From Candidatus Pacearchaeota archaeon (lineage in GTDB: Archaea > Nanobdellota > Nanobdellia > Pacearchaeales > GW2011-AR1): a stretch of 64,000 nt of DNA. Made by a program: the position numbers and the translations under genes. The DNA is taken from contig VGKP01000001.1 in assembly GCA_016866975.1 (NCBI GenBank), positions 1 through 64,000 of the forward strand, written 5' to 3'. Position 1 is the first letter of the stretch. Each line of letters opens with the position of its first letter. Below the pieces are notes generated by a model that was not told the origin of the DNA, did no database searches, and saw only the letters and a program-made list of their open reading frames with translations. Of this stretch, positions 28,382 through 37,554 are shown piece by piece.

Positions 28382-29755
28382 ATGAAAAAGAGTTCAGTGA
28401 TTTTAGCGTTAGGCTTCAGCATTCTACTTTTGCAAGTGGTAGCTGCGATAAGCGTGAATGAGGAAGACAAGGGTTCAGTTCTTATAGCCGAGCTTGAAAA
28501 TCCTGCAGTCTTTGAGTTTACAATAAACAACCCAGGAGCGTCTGAAATTGCAGAAATATATACCCTCATAGGTGTTAAAATGTTGCCCGACCGTTCATTT
28601 GAGATACCTTCTGGGAACTCAACGCTTGAAGTTAGAGCATATCTTCCTTCATCTTTAAGGAAAAACATAGGGTTTCTCAATTTTGAATATCAGATAAAAG
28701 GAGAAAAATCTGGAATATTCTCAGACACATTGAGGGTCAAGATTGTTCAGCTAAAAGATGTTTTAGACATAAGTTCTGAGAGACTCAGTCCTGCAGACAA
28801 AGCTGCTGTAGTGCTTGTAAGAAACAAAGAGAATACTTTCATTGAAGGATTATCCTTAAAGTTAAGCTCGCCACTTTTCGACTCTGTGCAGAAGATTTCA
28901 CTGAAACCTTATGAAGTTGTCAAAGTTAGGATACCTTTTGACCAAGAGACTGTTAAGTCATTGTCTGCTGGTGCATATGTCCTTAATGCTGATGCGGAAT
29001 TTCAGGGAGTCAAGCAACACTGGGAAGGTGTTCTTAATTATGTCGAAAAAAAGGATATCTCTGAAATAAAGTCAACTGAAGGTTTTGTAATTAGAAAAAC
29101 TGCCATAAGCCAGACAAATGAGGGAAATGTTCCAGAAAATGTAAGGATAGAAATGACTAAAGATGTACTTTCAAGACTTTTCACAATATTTTCCTTTGAG
29201 CCTCAAACATCTGAGAGATCTGGATTCTTTGTGACTTATTCTTGGGAAAAGAGACTTGAACCATCTTCATCTCTGACCGTCACGGCAACTACCAATTATA
29301 CTTTACCTTTAGTATTTCTTGTGCTAATAATCGCAATAGCAGTATTTGTAACAATGGTAATGAGGACAAATGTCACATTACATAAACGAGTGTCATTCGT
29401 CAAGACAAAAGGCGGAGAATTTGCTCTTAAAGTAAGGCTTCATCTAAAAGCTAATAAATATGTCGAAAACATCCAAATTATTGACAGACTTCCTGGAATG
29501 ACTGTGCTGTATGATCAATTTGGAATTAAGCCTGATAAGATTGATCCTGCCACAAGAAGATTGATATGGAAAGTTGACAGACTCAATGCAGGCGAGGAGA
29601 GAGTCTTTTCTTATATAGTTTATTCCAAGATAAAAGTTGTTGGAAGATTTGAATTGCCATCTGCAGCGGCAATATTTGAGAGAGATGGCAAAGCCCAAGA
29701 AGTATCTTCTAACAGGACATTTTTTGTGAATGAGACGACCACAAGTATTGAATAG
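28382..29755 (+). CDS. secreted/membrane beta-rich protein
   Basis: Signal peptide, internal TM (LPLVFLVLIIAIAVFVTMVM), C-terminal beta domain. Confidence 0.7.
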   Translation: MKKSSVILALGFSILLLQVVAAISVNEEDKGSVLIAELENPAVFEFTINNPGASEIAEIYTLIGVKMLPDRSFEIPSGNSTLEVRAYLPSSLRKNIGFLNFEYQIKGEKSGIFSDTLRVKIVQLKDVLDISSERLSPADKAAVVLVRNKENTFIEGLSLKLSSPLFDSVQKISLKPYEVVKVRIPFDQETVKSLSAGAYVLNADAEFQGVKQHWEGVLNYVEKKDISEIKSTEGFVIRKTAISQTNEGNVPENVRIEMTKDVLSRLFTIFSFEPQTSERSGFFVTYSWEKRLEPSSSLTVTATTNYTLPLVFLVLIIAIAVFVTMVMRTNVTLHKRVSFVKTKGGEFALKVRLHLKANKYVENIQIIDRLPGMTVLYDQFGIKPDKIDPATRRLIWKVDRLNAGEERVFSYIVYSKIKVVGRFELPSAAAIFERDGKAQEVSSNRTFFVNETTTSIE

Positions 29756-31069
29756 TCAGAAGTAGTACTTTCTGACAGCATCCAAGTGATTTCTGCATGA
29801 TGCCACGAATGGCTTACTTTTATCAATCCACTCCTTGAAAGCTCCATTGCCTAATTTTTCGTCTATATTCTGGCACATCAATTTATGCCTTGCGTCAAAG
29901 GATGTCTCGTTTTCATATAACAATGCATCAGACCATCCTGTAATTTCCCTGTCAAATACAAGATCATCTGCGCGCAGATCTGCATAACGGAAAGGGGCAT
30001 CCAATGCTGCCTCAAACCTGTCAGTCATGCACATATGGTCTACAAGACATAACAATCCCCTATAGAGAGGTGTGGCTGCCTTTAGATCAGGCCCCGGTTT
30101 TCTCTTCAATTCCGCATAGGACACAAGCCATTGCATCAAAGATAAGTCGCTATTTTCCCTTGAAATCCCAACTGGGCCGAAGATTTTAACTAAGTCTTCT
30201 TCAGACATAATTGGATTTCTATTTTCATTACCAAAAACATATTCCCTCGCCAATCTACACCTTTTTTGATATTTATCCTTATTCTCTGAAATTATACTAT
30301 TGAAAAGTTGGTGTTCTACATCTATAGACTTTCTTACTATCTCTTTTCCTTGTGGGCTTCCAAATTGAATACCTTTGTAGACATGACCCTTACCGCTGGC
30401 AATTCGCATGGCAAGAGAGAACTTTGCCGCGTCAAAAGGACATTGATAATGTTGATTTAACCAAGGAAAGCATCCAGCCCGAGCAAAACCGCTGCCGATC
30501 GATAGAAGGCATCTGGATGCGTTAATCTGAGTGAAACCTGTAGTTATGTCATGTTCTTCGATAGAACTAAATTGTTCAACTGAGTCGGAGAGTACACTGT
30601 AAAATGCTAAAGCAGAGTCATAAGTCGCATCTGATGCGTGATGTCGAATAACGCCCAATATTTCATTCCTTACGTTAGGAGTTATACTGGGATTGCAAAG
30701 AGTATGCAACGTTACCATCTCTAGTTGGGATTCTGGAGAGCTTCCAATATATTTATCAAATGCTCTGGCTTCTGGCGCCTTTCTGCTTGTCTCTCCAGAT
30801 ATAATCGCGCCCTTCTTACAGTATGGAAGTGTCTGCGTCATTGTTTCTTCTACAGATTCTGTAGGGACGCAAAAAATAACTTTTTCGGCATCTTTTACAG
30901 CATCCCTCAGGCTATCTGCTGGCCTAAATGATTGTATTCCTTGGAGAGCTTCTTCCATTTTAACTCTGTCTTTGTCATATCCGAAAATATTCTCGCAATG
31001 AGGAGAGAGTTCTCTAACTAAATAGCTCCCCATAGTACCTCCTGCACCGATAACTGCAAGATTTGTCAT
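29756..31069 (-). CDS. tyrA: prephenate dehydrogenase TyrA, long (fungal Tyr1-like) form
   Basis: GAGGTMG Rossmann motif, FCVP, GETSRKAPE, EEHD..T..TQ, plus an extended C-terminal region. Confidence 0.8.
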   Translation of the reverse strand: MTNLAVIGAGGTMGSYLVRELSPHCENIFGYDKDRVKMEEALQGIQSFRPADSLRDAVKDAEKVIFCVPTESVEETMTQTLPYCKKGAIISGETSRKAPEARAFDKYIGSSPESQLEMVTLHTLCNPSITPNVRNEILGVIRHHASDATYDSALAFYSVLSDSVEQFSSIEEHDITTGFTQINASRCLLSIGSGFARAGCFPWLNQHYQCPFDAAKFSLAMRIASGKGHVYKGIQFGSPQGKEIVRKSIDVEHQLFNSIISENKDKYQKRCRLAREYVFGNENRNPIMSEEDLVKIFGPVGISRENSDLSLMQWLVSYAELKRKPGPDLKAATPLYRGLLCLVDHMCMTDRFEAALDAPFRYADLRADDLVFDREITGWSDALLYENETSFDARHKLMCQNIDEKLGNGAFKEWIDKSKPFVASCRNHLDAVRKYYF

Positions 31070-31121
31070 GGAGTGAAGGCAAAAGTAATGTTTAAATATC
31101 TTCCTCTCGCTTTTTATTCAG

Positions 31122-31286
31122 CCCCCTATAGCTCAACGGTAGAGCGTCCGGCTGTAGTCAATAAAGCTTAGAAAGCCTCGACTAGCGCAGACTTTCCTTC
31201 GGGAAAAAGAATGAAGCGCGATCAGAACGTGTCCGCTAGGACATGGCAGAACCCGGAATACCCAAGTTCGACTCTCGGTGGGGGGA
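31122..31286 (+). tRNA. tRNA-Tyr(GTA) with 94-nt BHB intron at 37/38 (intron 31158-31251)
   Basis: C1-G72 and A73 archaeal Tyr identity; anticodon GTA at 31154-56; central helix CTGT/GCAG with 3-nt bulges AG|T and AA|C; T-loop TTCGACT. Confidence 0.9.
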
Positions 31287-31292
31287 TTGTAT

Positions 31293-31841
31293 ATGCAAGT
31301 CAAAAAAAACACCCTAGGAATGTTTATAATAGCATTAGCAGTGATAATATTGGGAGTATGGTACATGGCACAACAGAATACATCATCGGGAAACACTGCA
31401 ACTCTTAAGACAAATATGGGAGACATTGTCATTGAATTAGACAAGAATATGCCTATTACAGCTGGAAATTTCAAGAAATTGGTGGGAGAGAAATTCTATG
31501 ATCAAACGATATTCCATAGAGTTATTGAAGGATTCATGATACAGGGAGGAGATCCTACTGGCTCTGGAAGAGGAGGCCCAGGGTATACAATACGTGATGA
31601 ATTTGGACCAAATAATAAGAACAATAGAGGGACTATTTCCATGGCGAATGCCGGGCCAAATACTGGTGGCAGTCAGTTCTTCATCAATACAGTGGACAAT
31701 AATTTCCTTGATGGCAAGCACCCTGTATTTGGAAAGGTAGTAAAAGGAATGGAGATCGTTGACAAGATTAGCAAAGTGCAAAAAGACAGAAATGACAAGC
31801 CAATGCAAGATGTTAAGATTATAAGCGCGACGCTGTCTTGA
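31293..31841 (+). CDS. ppiA: cyclophilin-type peptidyl-prolyl isomerase with N-terminal anchor
   Basis: FHRVIEGFMIQGGDP, SMANAGPNTGGSQFFIN and HPVFG motifs; likely start ATG 31293. Confidence 0.95.
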   Translation: MQVKKNTLGMFIIALAVIILGVWYMAQQNTSSGNTATLKTNMGDIVIELDKNMPITAGNFKKLVGEKFYDQTIFHRVIEGFMIQGGDPTGSGRGGPGYTIRDEFGPNNKNNRGTISMANAGPNTGGSQFFINTVDNNFLDGKHPVFGKVVKGMEIVDKISKVQKDRNDKPMQDVKIISATLS

Positions 31842-31895
31842 AACCAGTGTTTCAATCATCATAATCTTTATTAATTTATTTCTTATGGACTATGT

Positions 31896-32195
31896 ATGGA
31901 CTTATTGTTAGAACCTTCTTTAAGCGAGATTGCGCAAGAAGTGTCACGTGTAAAGAGGTTTTGCATCGAAGAGCAAATGAATCTCTGGTCAAATGCAGTG
32001 CAGAATCTGAGGAAACGCGAAGGGTGGGTGCCTGAACTCTTTTACAAGCTCGAAGAAAGAGGTTTCTTAATGAAGCAATTTGATGATCGTGATTTTTGTA
32101 ATAAAGCAGGCATTCCCTATGACACGCTTGATTGTCATTGGCATGATATTCGTGCTGCTGTTGCGCTGTGGTATTATGAAAGGCTTGCCGCATAA
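31896..32195 (+). CDS. hypothetical protein
   Basis: 99-aa ORF. Confidence 0.55.
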   Translation: MDLLLEPSLSEIAQEVSRVKRFCIEEQMNLWSNAVQNLRKREGWVPELFYKLEERGFLMKQFDDRDFCNKAGIPYDTLDCHWHDIRAAVALWYYERLAA

Positions 32196-32198
32196 CGA

Positions 32199-32603
32199 TT
32201 AGTCACTTAAGGAAAGACCTTTGATTCTTTGAAAATGGCTTTTATTATTCGTTTTTAGAGGCATTTTTTCTGTAAGCGCTATTGCTCCTATGAGTGCATC
32301 TCTAAACTCTATTGTTCTTCCTTCTTTTGAAAGCCGCGCCAATTGTTTTCCTGCTTCTTCTGCACTGTGTTTGGATAAATAAAGAAGGCGCGTAGTTTCC
32401 AGTAAATTATCTACCTTTTCTTTGCTTTTAGAGGGATTATGAGAAGCATATGCTCCTAAGTAAAGCTCAAAAAGAGAGATAATTGTCATGCAAACGTCAT
32501 CTTCATCGTGTTTTTTCGCCCATTCTACTGCATAGGGTTTATTTCTCAATATATCTGCTAAAATGTCCGTGTCTACACTGATGGAATTTTCCATTTTTTC
32601 CAT
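32199..32603 (-). CDS. vapC: VapC PIN-domain toxin
   Basis: VDTDILAD, ISLFELY, RDALIGA and TNNKSHFQRI motifs. Confidence 0.9.
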   Translation of the reverse strand: MEKMENSISVDTDILADILRNKPYAVEWAKKHDEDDVCMTIISLFELYLGAYASHNPSKSKEKVDNLLETTRLLYLSKHSAEEAGKQLARLSKEGRTIEFRDALIGAIALTEKMPLKTNNKSHFQRIKGLSLSD

Positions 32604-32830
32604 CCTATTTTAAGATTTTCTTGGATTTTGTTCCATTCTTTATCAGACATATTCCATGCGCCCGCTAAATCACTGAGCTTTGTTTTTTTTATCTTTTCTT
32701 TCTTAAGAGTGTCTAGAGCATCATCAAAAGATGCAGGCTGACCTCTTTCTTTTTGCAGTTCTGCAGCTATACGAGCAAGCCACTTATATGTTTCTGCGCT
32801 AACTTTGATCGTTTTACTTTCCATAGTCAC
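32573..32830 (-). CDS. vapB: VapB-type antitoxin
   Basis: KTIKVSAETYKWL..., SFDDAL, LSDLAGAW; overlaps the vapC start. Confidence 0.8.
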   Translation of the reverse strand: MTMESKTIKVSAETYKWLARIAAELQKERGQPASFDDALDTLKKEKIKKTKLSDLAGAWNMSDKEWNKIQENLKIGWKKWKIPSV

Positions 32831-32864
32831 TTAGTTATTTGGTAACTTAGTTACTTTATAAATC

Positions 32865-32910
32865 TTTCTTAACGCTCGTAGAAATCCTCTGCCTTTATGT
32901 AGAGGTTAAA
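32865..32910 (-). repeat. dispersed hairpin repeat (second copy of 1535-1580), IS200/IS605-like end remnant
   Basis: TTTCTTAACGCTCGTAGAAATCCTCTGCCTTTATGTAGAGGTTAAA versus TTTCTTAACGCTTGTAGAAATTCTCTACTTTTAGTAGAGGTTAAA at 1535. Confidence 0.7.
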
Positions 32911-33007
32911 TATTGCTTAGTACATAAGATACTGGAATGGTTTGCGGAACATAGACCTAGCCAGGTGTAATCTAAAAACTTATTAACCTCACTTTCTTTG
33001 CGCCCCG

Positions 33008-36000
33008 ATGGGCGATATCCAAGCTGCACTTGATAAAAAAGAGGGGCCGTGTCTTATACTCGCAGGGGCAGGTACAGGCAAGACGCAGGCAATAGTAGAG
33101 AAGATGAGACTTCTTATCCAAAGTGGTGCCTGCGATCCTGAAAAAATTGTATGTATAACCTTTTCAAATGAGGCTGCAAACAATCTGCTCCTAAGAGTTG
33201 GAAAGATGGTTCAGCTACCTGATAAAAGAGAGCCCATAATAAGGACATTCCATGCATTCTCTGCTGAGATATTAAGAAGTCATGGAACCAAAATAGGCCT
33301 ATCAGACAACTTCAAGATACTTGACCCTGACCAGGCCATGGTCTTGCTTCATAGGAATCTTAAGGTGCATGTAAACTATTGCCAAAAATATGTGGCCACC
33401 ATAGGAACTGCCAAAGACCTGGGGATAACTATCGAAGAGTTCAAAAAATACCTTGAGAAAAATACCGAGGAATATAGAGACATTGAGATACCAAAAAGAA
33501 TAGAGAGCCTTAATTTTGAACTTCAGACATTGCATCTTAGGAAGGCATCTTGGCAAAAAAAACTCTTGGTGGAAGAGATAAAAAAGTTGCGCAATATTCT
33601 TGAGATAAAGAGGTTTGTGATTGCCTGGGGGGCTTATGAGAAGCTTAAATCGAAGGGCAATTATCAAGATTATTCTGACCTAAATGCGAACGCTCTTGAC
33701 ATTCTCCGCAAGTATCCTGAGATATCTCATGACTATTCTTATATCATCGTAGATGAGTTCCAGGACACCAACAAGCTTCAGCTCGACTTTCTAGTCAAAC
33801 TTGCATCTCACAAAAATATTACTGTGGTGGGAGATATGAACCAGAGCATATACAGATTTAGAGGAGCATATAGCAAGAACTTATCCCTCTTCAAAGAGGC
33901 TTTTGGGTTGGGCGAGAGAGATATATTCACATTGTCAAGATCATATAGGTCACCTAACAAGATACTTAGGACAGCGCACCAGCTAATATCAAAAAATTAC
34001 TCATCTTCTGAAGAGTGTTTCTTTGTAGAGAATGCGCATCAAAGAGAGGGCGAGGAAATTCAGATATTTGAGATGAAAGATCTTAAGGAAGAGGCGAGAA
34101 AAGTTATTGAGATAATAAAAGAAGAGCAGAGCAAAGGAGTACCTTCTGAAGAGATTTGCGTCATATTCAGGACACACCAATATGGACGAATAATAAAAAG
34201 AGCTCTTGAAGTATCAAATATCCCTTATTGCTCGGTATCTAGGTCCTCATTGCTCAAACAGCATTCAGTAAAAGTGATACATGATTACCTTATGATAATA
34301 GATAAGATAAAGAGGGAGGATTCCGGAGGGGAACAAGCATGGTGGGACTTGCTCTATCTTATGAGATTCTCTTCTGAAGACTTGATGTCTCTTGGCAAAG
34401 TAATACAATCCCTGTCAAAAGAGAGGAAGAAAGAAAGAGACTCTAGTGAGCCTCAGAAAGATCTTAAACCTTTCTCTCTGGCATTTTTAGATGACCTTAA
34501 GGGAGCAAAATTATCAGATGAAGGAAAACTTGCCGTAAAGATATTATTGGATAAAATACAGATGATGATTCCTCTGATGAGCCAACCCTTGTCAAAAGCT
34601 ATCCAAGAGATATACAGGATATCGGGTATATTGAGCGAATCTAAGACTTTTGAAGACAGAGAAGCCATGCTCAACTTGCAGAAATTCTATGATCTGGCCA
34701 AAACCCATGAAGACTTATATGATGCAGAAGTATCAAATTTCCTTTATTATCTTGAAGTGATAGAAAACCTAGGCATAGAAATAGAGGCTGCAAGGCTTGA
34801 GGAAGAAGGAGTGAGATTGATGACTTGCCATGCTACAAAAGGCCTAGAGTATAAGACAGTAATACTTACTAATTTTGCCCAAGGAAGATTTCCTATTGAG
34901 AGATATGTTGGCAACTCCTTGATACCTACTGAACTTCTGCCAGAAGTAAAAGAAGAAATAAAACAAACATCATCAGCTGAAGCTGAGGAGTACATCCAAA
35001 AATATGAAAGGCACCATCAAATGCTTGAAGAAAGAAGACTTGCTTATGTTACATTTACAAGAGCAAAGGAAAGACTCTATATTACTTACGCCAGAGAATA
35101 CGGAGGAAAGAAATTTTATCCATCAATATTTCTTGAGGAAATATCTTATATTAAAAATCCTGATATATCCTATGTAAAGGATGAATCCCAACTGTATGTT
35201 GAAGAAAATGAGACCAAGACAACGTTTCATTTTGCAAGTTCATTAGAGTCAAGTAATTTTGAGAATGTCCTAAAGACTCTTGCAAATGAGACAGGAAAAG
35301 AAAAAGAGAAGGTCCATAGGCTCTCACCTTCTGCTCTTTTGTTGTTTGATGAATGTCAGAAAGAATTTGAGTATAAATACGTGTATCATATGCCTGAAAG
35401 AAAGACATTCTCCTGGGAAGCAATGCAACTTGGCAGCTTTGTACATTTAGTCCTTGAGAGGGGCGTTGCTTCACTTTTTCAGAGAGTTGACGATTTCCTT
35501 TACCTTGCTAAGCAATTGAGCATGGAAGAAGAGTGGTCAAGCATTTCTCTCCCAGAGGCCGAAACATTGATAAGAGTATTCTTTGAGAGAAATAAAGGAA
35601 GATATGACTCTAGGACAAGAACAGAACAGTTTCTTCCTTTGACTCTGGCCGGAATACCTTTTATGGGATTTGCAGACAGAATAGACGTCAAAGATGATGG
35701 AGTCGAGATAATAGATTATAAGACTGGTAAGACGGCGATTTCCCCAAGAAGTAGGGATTGGCAACTTGGTTTTTATGCCATTGCAGCACAAGAGCGGTTT
35801 GGAAAAGTAAAGAAAGTTGTATTGGAAATGCTGAAACAGGAAAAGCCATTGGAATTCGAATTTGATGCCGCGGGCAATGCTCATTGCATTAGCTCTAAGT
35901 GGATAGATGGATTCAACCTTGTTGATGTTCGGAATCAACTTATTGAAGCTGCCCAGGCAATACAAGGTGCCTATGCTTCAGGATTCAAGCCCTGTAACAT

Positions 36001-36046
36001 AGAGAAAAACTGTGAATTCTGTAACGAATATGTTTACGGTTTGTAG
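33008..36046 (+). CDS. UvrD/PcrA-like SF1 helicase fused to a C-terminal PD-(D/E)XK nuclease with Fe-S cysteines (AdnB/AddA-like)
   Basis: AGAGTGKT, DEFQD, TCHATKGLE, EERRLAYVTFTRAKE; ADRID...IIDYKTG; C...PC...CEFC. Confidence 0.9.
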   Translation: MGDIQAALDKKEGPCLILAGAGTGKTQAIVEKMRLLIQSGACDPEKIVCITFSNEAANNLLLRVGKMVQLPDKREPIIRTFHAFSAEILRSHGTKIGLSDNFKILDPDQAMVLLHRNLKVHVNYCQKYVATIGTAKDLGITIEEFKKYLEKNTEEYRDIEIPKRIESLNFELQTLHLRKASWQKKLLVEEIKKLRNILEIKRFVIAWGAYEKLKSKGNYQDYSDLNANALDILRKYPEISHDYSYIIVDEFQDTNKLQLDFLVKLASHKNITVVGDMNQSIYRFRGAYSKNLSLFKEAFGLGERDIFTLSRSYRSPNKILRTAHQLISKNYSSSEECFFVENAHQREGEEIQIFEMKDLKEEARKVIEIIKEEQSKGVPSEEICVIFRTHQYGRIIKRALEVSNIPYCSVSRSSLLKQHSVKVIHDYLMIIDKIKREDSGGEQAWWDLLYLMRFSSEDLMSLGKVIQSLSKERKKERDSSEPQKDLKPFSLAFLDDLKGAKLSDEGKLAVKILLDKIQMMIPLMSQPLSKAIQEIYRISGILSESKTFEDREAMLNLQKFYDLAKTHEDLYDAEVSNFLYYLEVIENLGIEIEAARLEEEGVRLMTCHATKGLEYKTVILTNFAQGRFPIERYVGNSLIPTELLPEVKEEIKQTSSAEAEEYIQKYERHHQMLEERRLAYVTFTRAKERLYITYAREYGGKKFYPSIFLEEISYIKNPDISYVKDESQLYVEENETKTTFHFASSLESSNFENVLKTLANETGKEKEKVHRLSPSALLLFDECQKEFEYKYVYHMPERKTFSWEAMQLGSFVHLVLERGVASLFQRVDDFLYLAKQLSMEEEWSSISLPEAETLIRVFFERNKGRYDSRTRTEQFLPLTLAGIPFMGFADRIDVKDDGVEIIDYKTGKTAISPRSRDWQLGFYAIAAQERFGKVKKVVLEMLKQEKPLEFEFDAAGNAHCISSKWIDGFNLVDVRNQLIEAAQAIQGAYASGFKPCNIEKNCEFCNEYVYGL

Positions 36047-36125
36047 ATGCAGTATTCGTTCAGAATACTGTTATAAAAAAAGTCAAAAATAATTATAAAA
36101 TAAAAAATAAAATTCAGAAGATTAA

Positions 36126-36440
36126 TTAATATCTTCTGTTGAAAGATCGTCTTTCTCCGAAGTCTCTTCGAGGTCTTCTAGGGGCGTTTTCTTCCATAGG
36201 TCGGGCTTCATTGACAACCAATTGTCGGCCTTCAATATCTTTGCCGTTCATTTCTTGGATTGCCTTGTCAGCTTGTGCGTCATCCGCAAGCGTGACGAAT
36301 CCGAAACCTTTTGATTTTCCTGTATCCTTAAAAGAGATAACAGTTGCCTCAACCACTTCACCATAAGCAGCAAAAAGCTCTTTTAGCTTATCGTTGTTTA
36401 TGCTGTAGGGTAGATTACCTACATATAGTTTCTTACTCAT
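36126..36440 (-). CDS. RRM-domain RNA-binding protein (bacterial RbpA type)
   Basis: KLYVGNL (RNP2), KGFGFV (RNP1), LVVNEARP. Confidence 0.95.
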   Translation of the reverse strand: MSKKLYVGNLPYSINNDKLKELFAAYGEVVEATVISFKDTGKSKGFGFVTLADDAQADKAIQEMNGKDIEGRQLVVNEARPMEENAPRRPRRDFGERRSFNRRY

Positions 36441-36531
36441 GTTTTCCTTACTCTCCTTACACTTATGTCCTCAAGGCTTGTGCCTTGATAAACTTTGAGA
36501 TGAATGATGGTATATAAAGATATGTTTTTAT

Positions 36532-37413
36532 CTAGCTATGTAGAAAGTAAACCTCTATAGAGTAAAGGTTTACTAGTTTCTCCGCATTATAGGCAATAAA
36601 TCTGAATAGTAACTCATTCTTTTGACTAATAAATTTCCTAGCCAGAAGTAAATGTCCAAATCTTCTCTTTACAGCAGAAAAGGTACTTTCAACTAAGACT
36701 CTCTGATGATAGATCTCCGATGGAAAATTGCGAAATAATCTCTTTCTATATTTGCCATTAACTCTTCTTCCCACAGTTGCAAACTTTCTTACAGGAACAA
36801 TAAGTTCACTTCCACATTTATGAGCTAATTCGTGATTTCTCTCGCAATCATAGGCTTTGTCTGCAAGAAAAGCAGTTATAGGTAACTGCTTTGAAGACTG
36901 TTTCATAAGGTAAGGAACATCAATGATTTCATGACGCTTCTTTCTTCTCAGTCTAACGGCAATAATCAATCTTCTTTTCACTTCAACTGCAACATTCGCC
37001 TGCATGAAACGATTGCGTTCTCCCGCAATCATGCAGAAGTAGGGGCTTCTTGAATTCAAACTAAACCCTGTCCCGTCAATTGCAACAAGACTCGATTCGT
37101 TACTTTTTACCATGTTTGCAATTATTGTTTCCAGATAGGTTTGCTTAACTCGTAAGGCAAACTTATTTATCTTAGTAAAATGGACAGCTCTCGCTAAGTG
37201 GAGTTCTTCTTGTACAAGCGCAAGAAAAGCTGGCATCTTTCGTAATGCCTTACCTTCCAGTTGCATAAGCACCTGGATAACAATGTGTTGCTCATTAGAA
37301 AACACATTGTTCTTCTTTTTACTAAAGCTTCTAGGTATTCTAGCAGCTCTAACTCCAGATTTGACTCTCTGGATAAGTTTTTTATAGGAACTTTCCTCTT
37401 TCATTTGGACCAC
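36532..37413 (-). CDS. IS5-family DDE transposase
   Basis: AIDGTGF, ADKAYD and Y..R..VESTFSAVKRRFG motifs; reading frame runs through the TIR and stops in the TSD. Confidence 0.93.
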   Translation of the reverse strand: MVQMKEESSYKKLIQRVKSGVRAARIPRSFSKKKNNVFSNEQHIVIQVLMQLEGKALRKMPAFLALVQEELHLARAVHFTKINKFALRVKQTYLETIIANMVKSNESSLVAIDGTGFSLNSRSPYFCMIAGERNRFMQANVAVEVKRRLIIAVRLRRKKRHEIIDVPYLMKQSSKQLPITAFLADKAYDCERNHELAHKCGSELIVPVRKFATVGRRVNGKYRKRLFRNFPSEIYHQRVLVESTFSAVKRRFGHLLLARKFISQKNELLFRFIAYNAEKLVNLYSIEVYFLHS

Positions 37414-37469
37414 CTCTTTAGTCTCAAACCAAATAGGTGGTCAATATTCTTTTAACTTTCTACATAGCT
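36534..37469 (-). mobile_element. IS5-family insertion sequence, complete (936 bp)
   Basis: Perfect 15-bp TIR AGCTATGTAGAAAGT (36534-36548 / 37455-37469) flanked by a 9-bp TSD TTTTTATCT (36525-36533, 37470-37478). Confidence 0.95.
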
Positions 37470-37554
37470 TTTTTATCTGCATTGTTAAGTTAAAGGGAGT
37501 TTAGGAAGTTTTAAAAGTAAGGTTTGGAGCAAATTTAATAAGGAGAGATATATT

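Noticed and set aside
31158-31251. Box C/D guide RNA or hammerhead/group I ribozyme within the tRNA-Tyr intron
   Set aside because: Only degenerate CAGA/ATGAAG boxes are present, with no guide complementary to the tRNA. There is no CUGANGA core, and the intron is too short for group I, while a canonical BHB explains splicing.
31133-31474. ORFs overlapping tRNA-Tyr (31133-31474 -, 31211-31408 +)
   Set aside because: They run across a well-formed tRNA gene and the cyclophilin start, so they are treated as spurious
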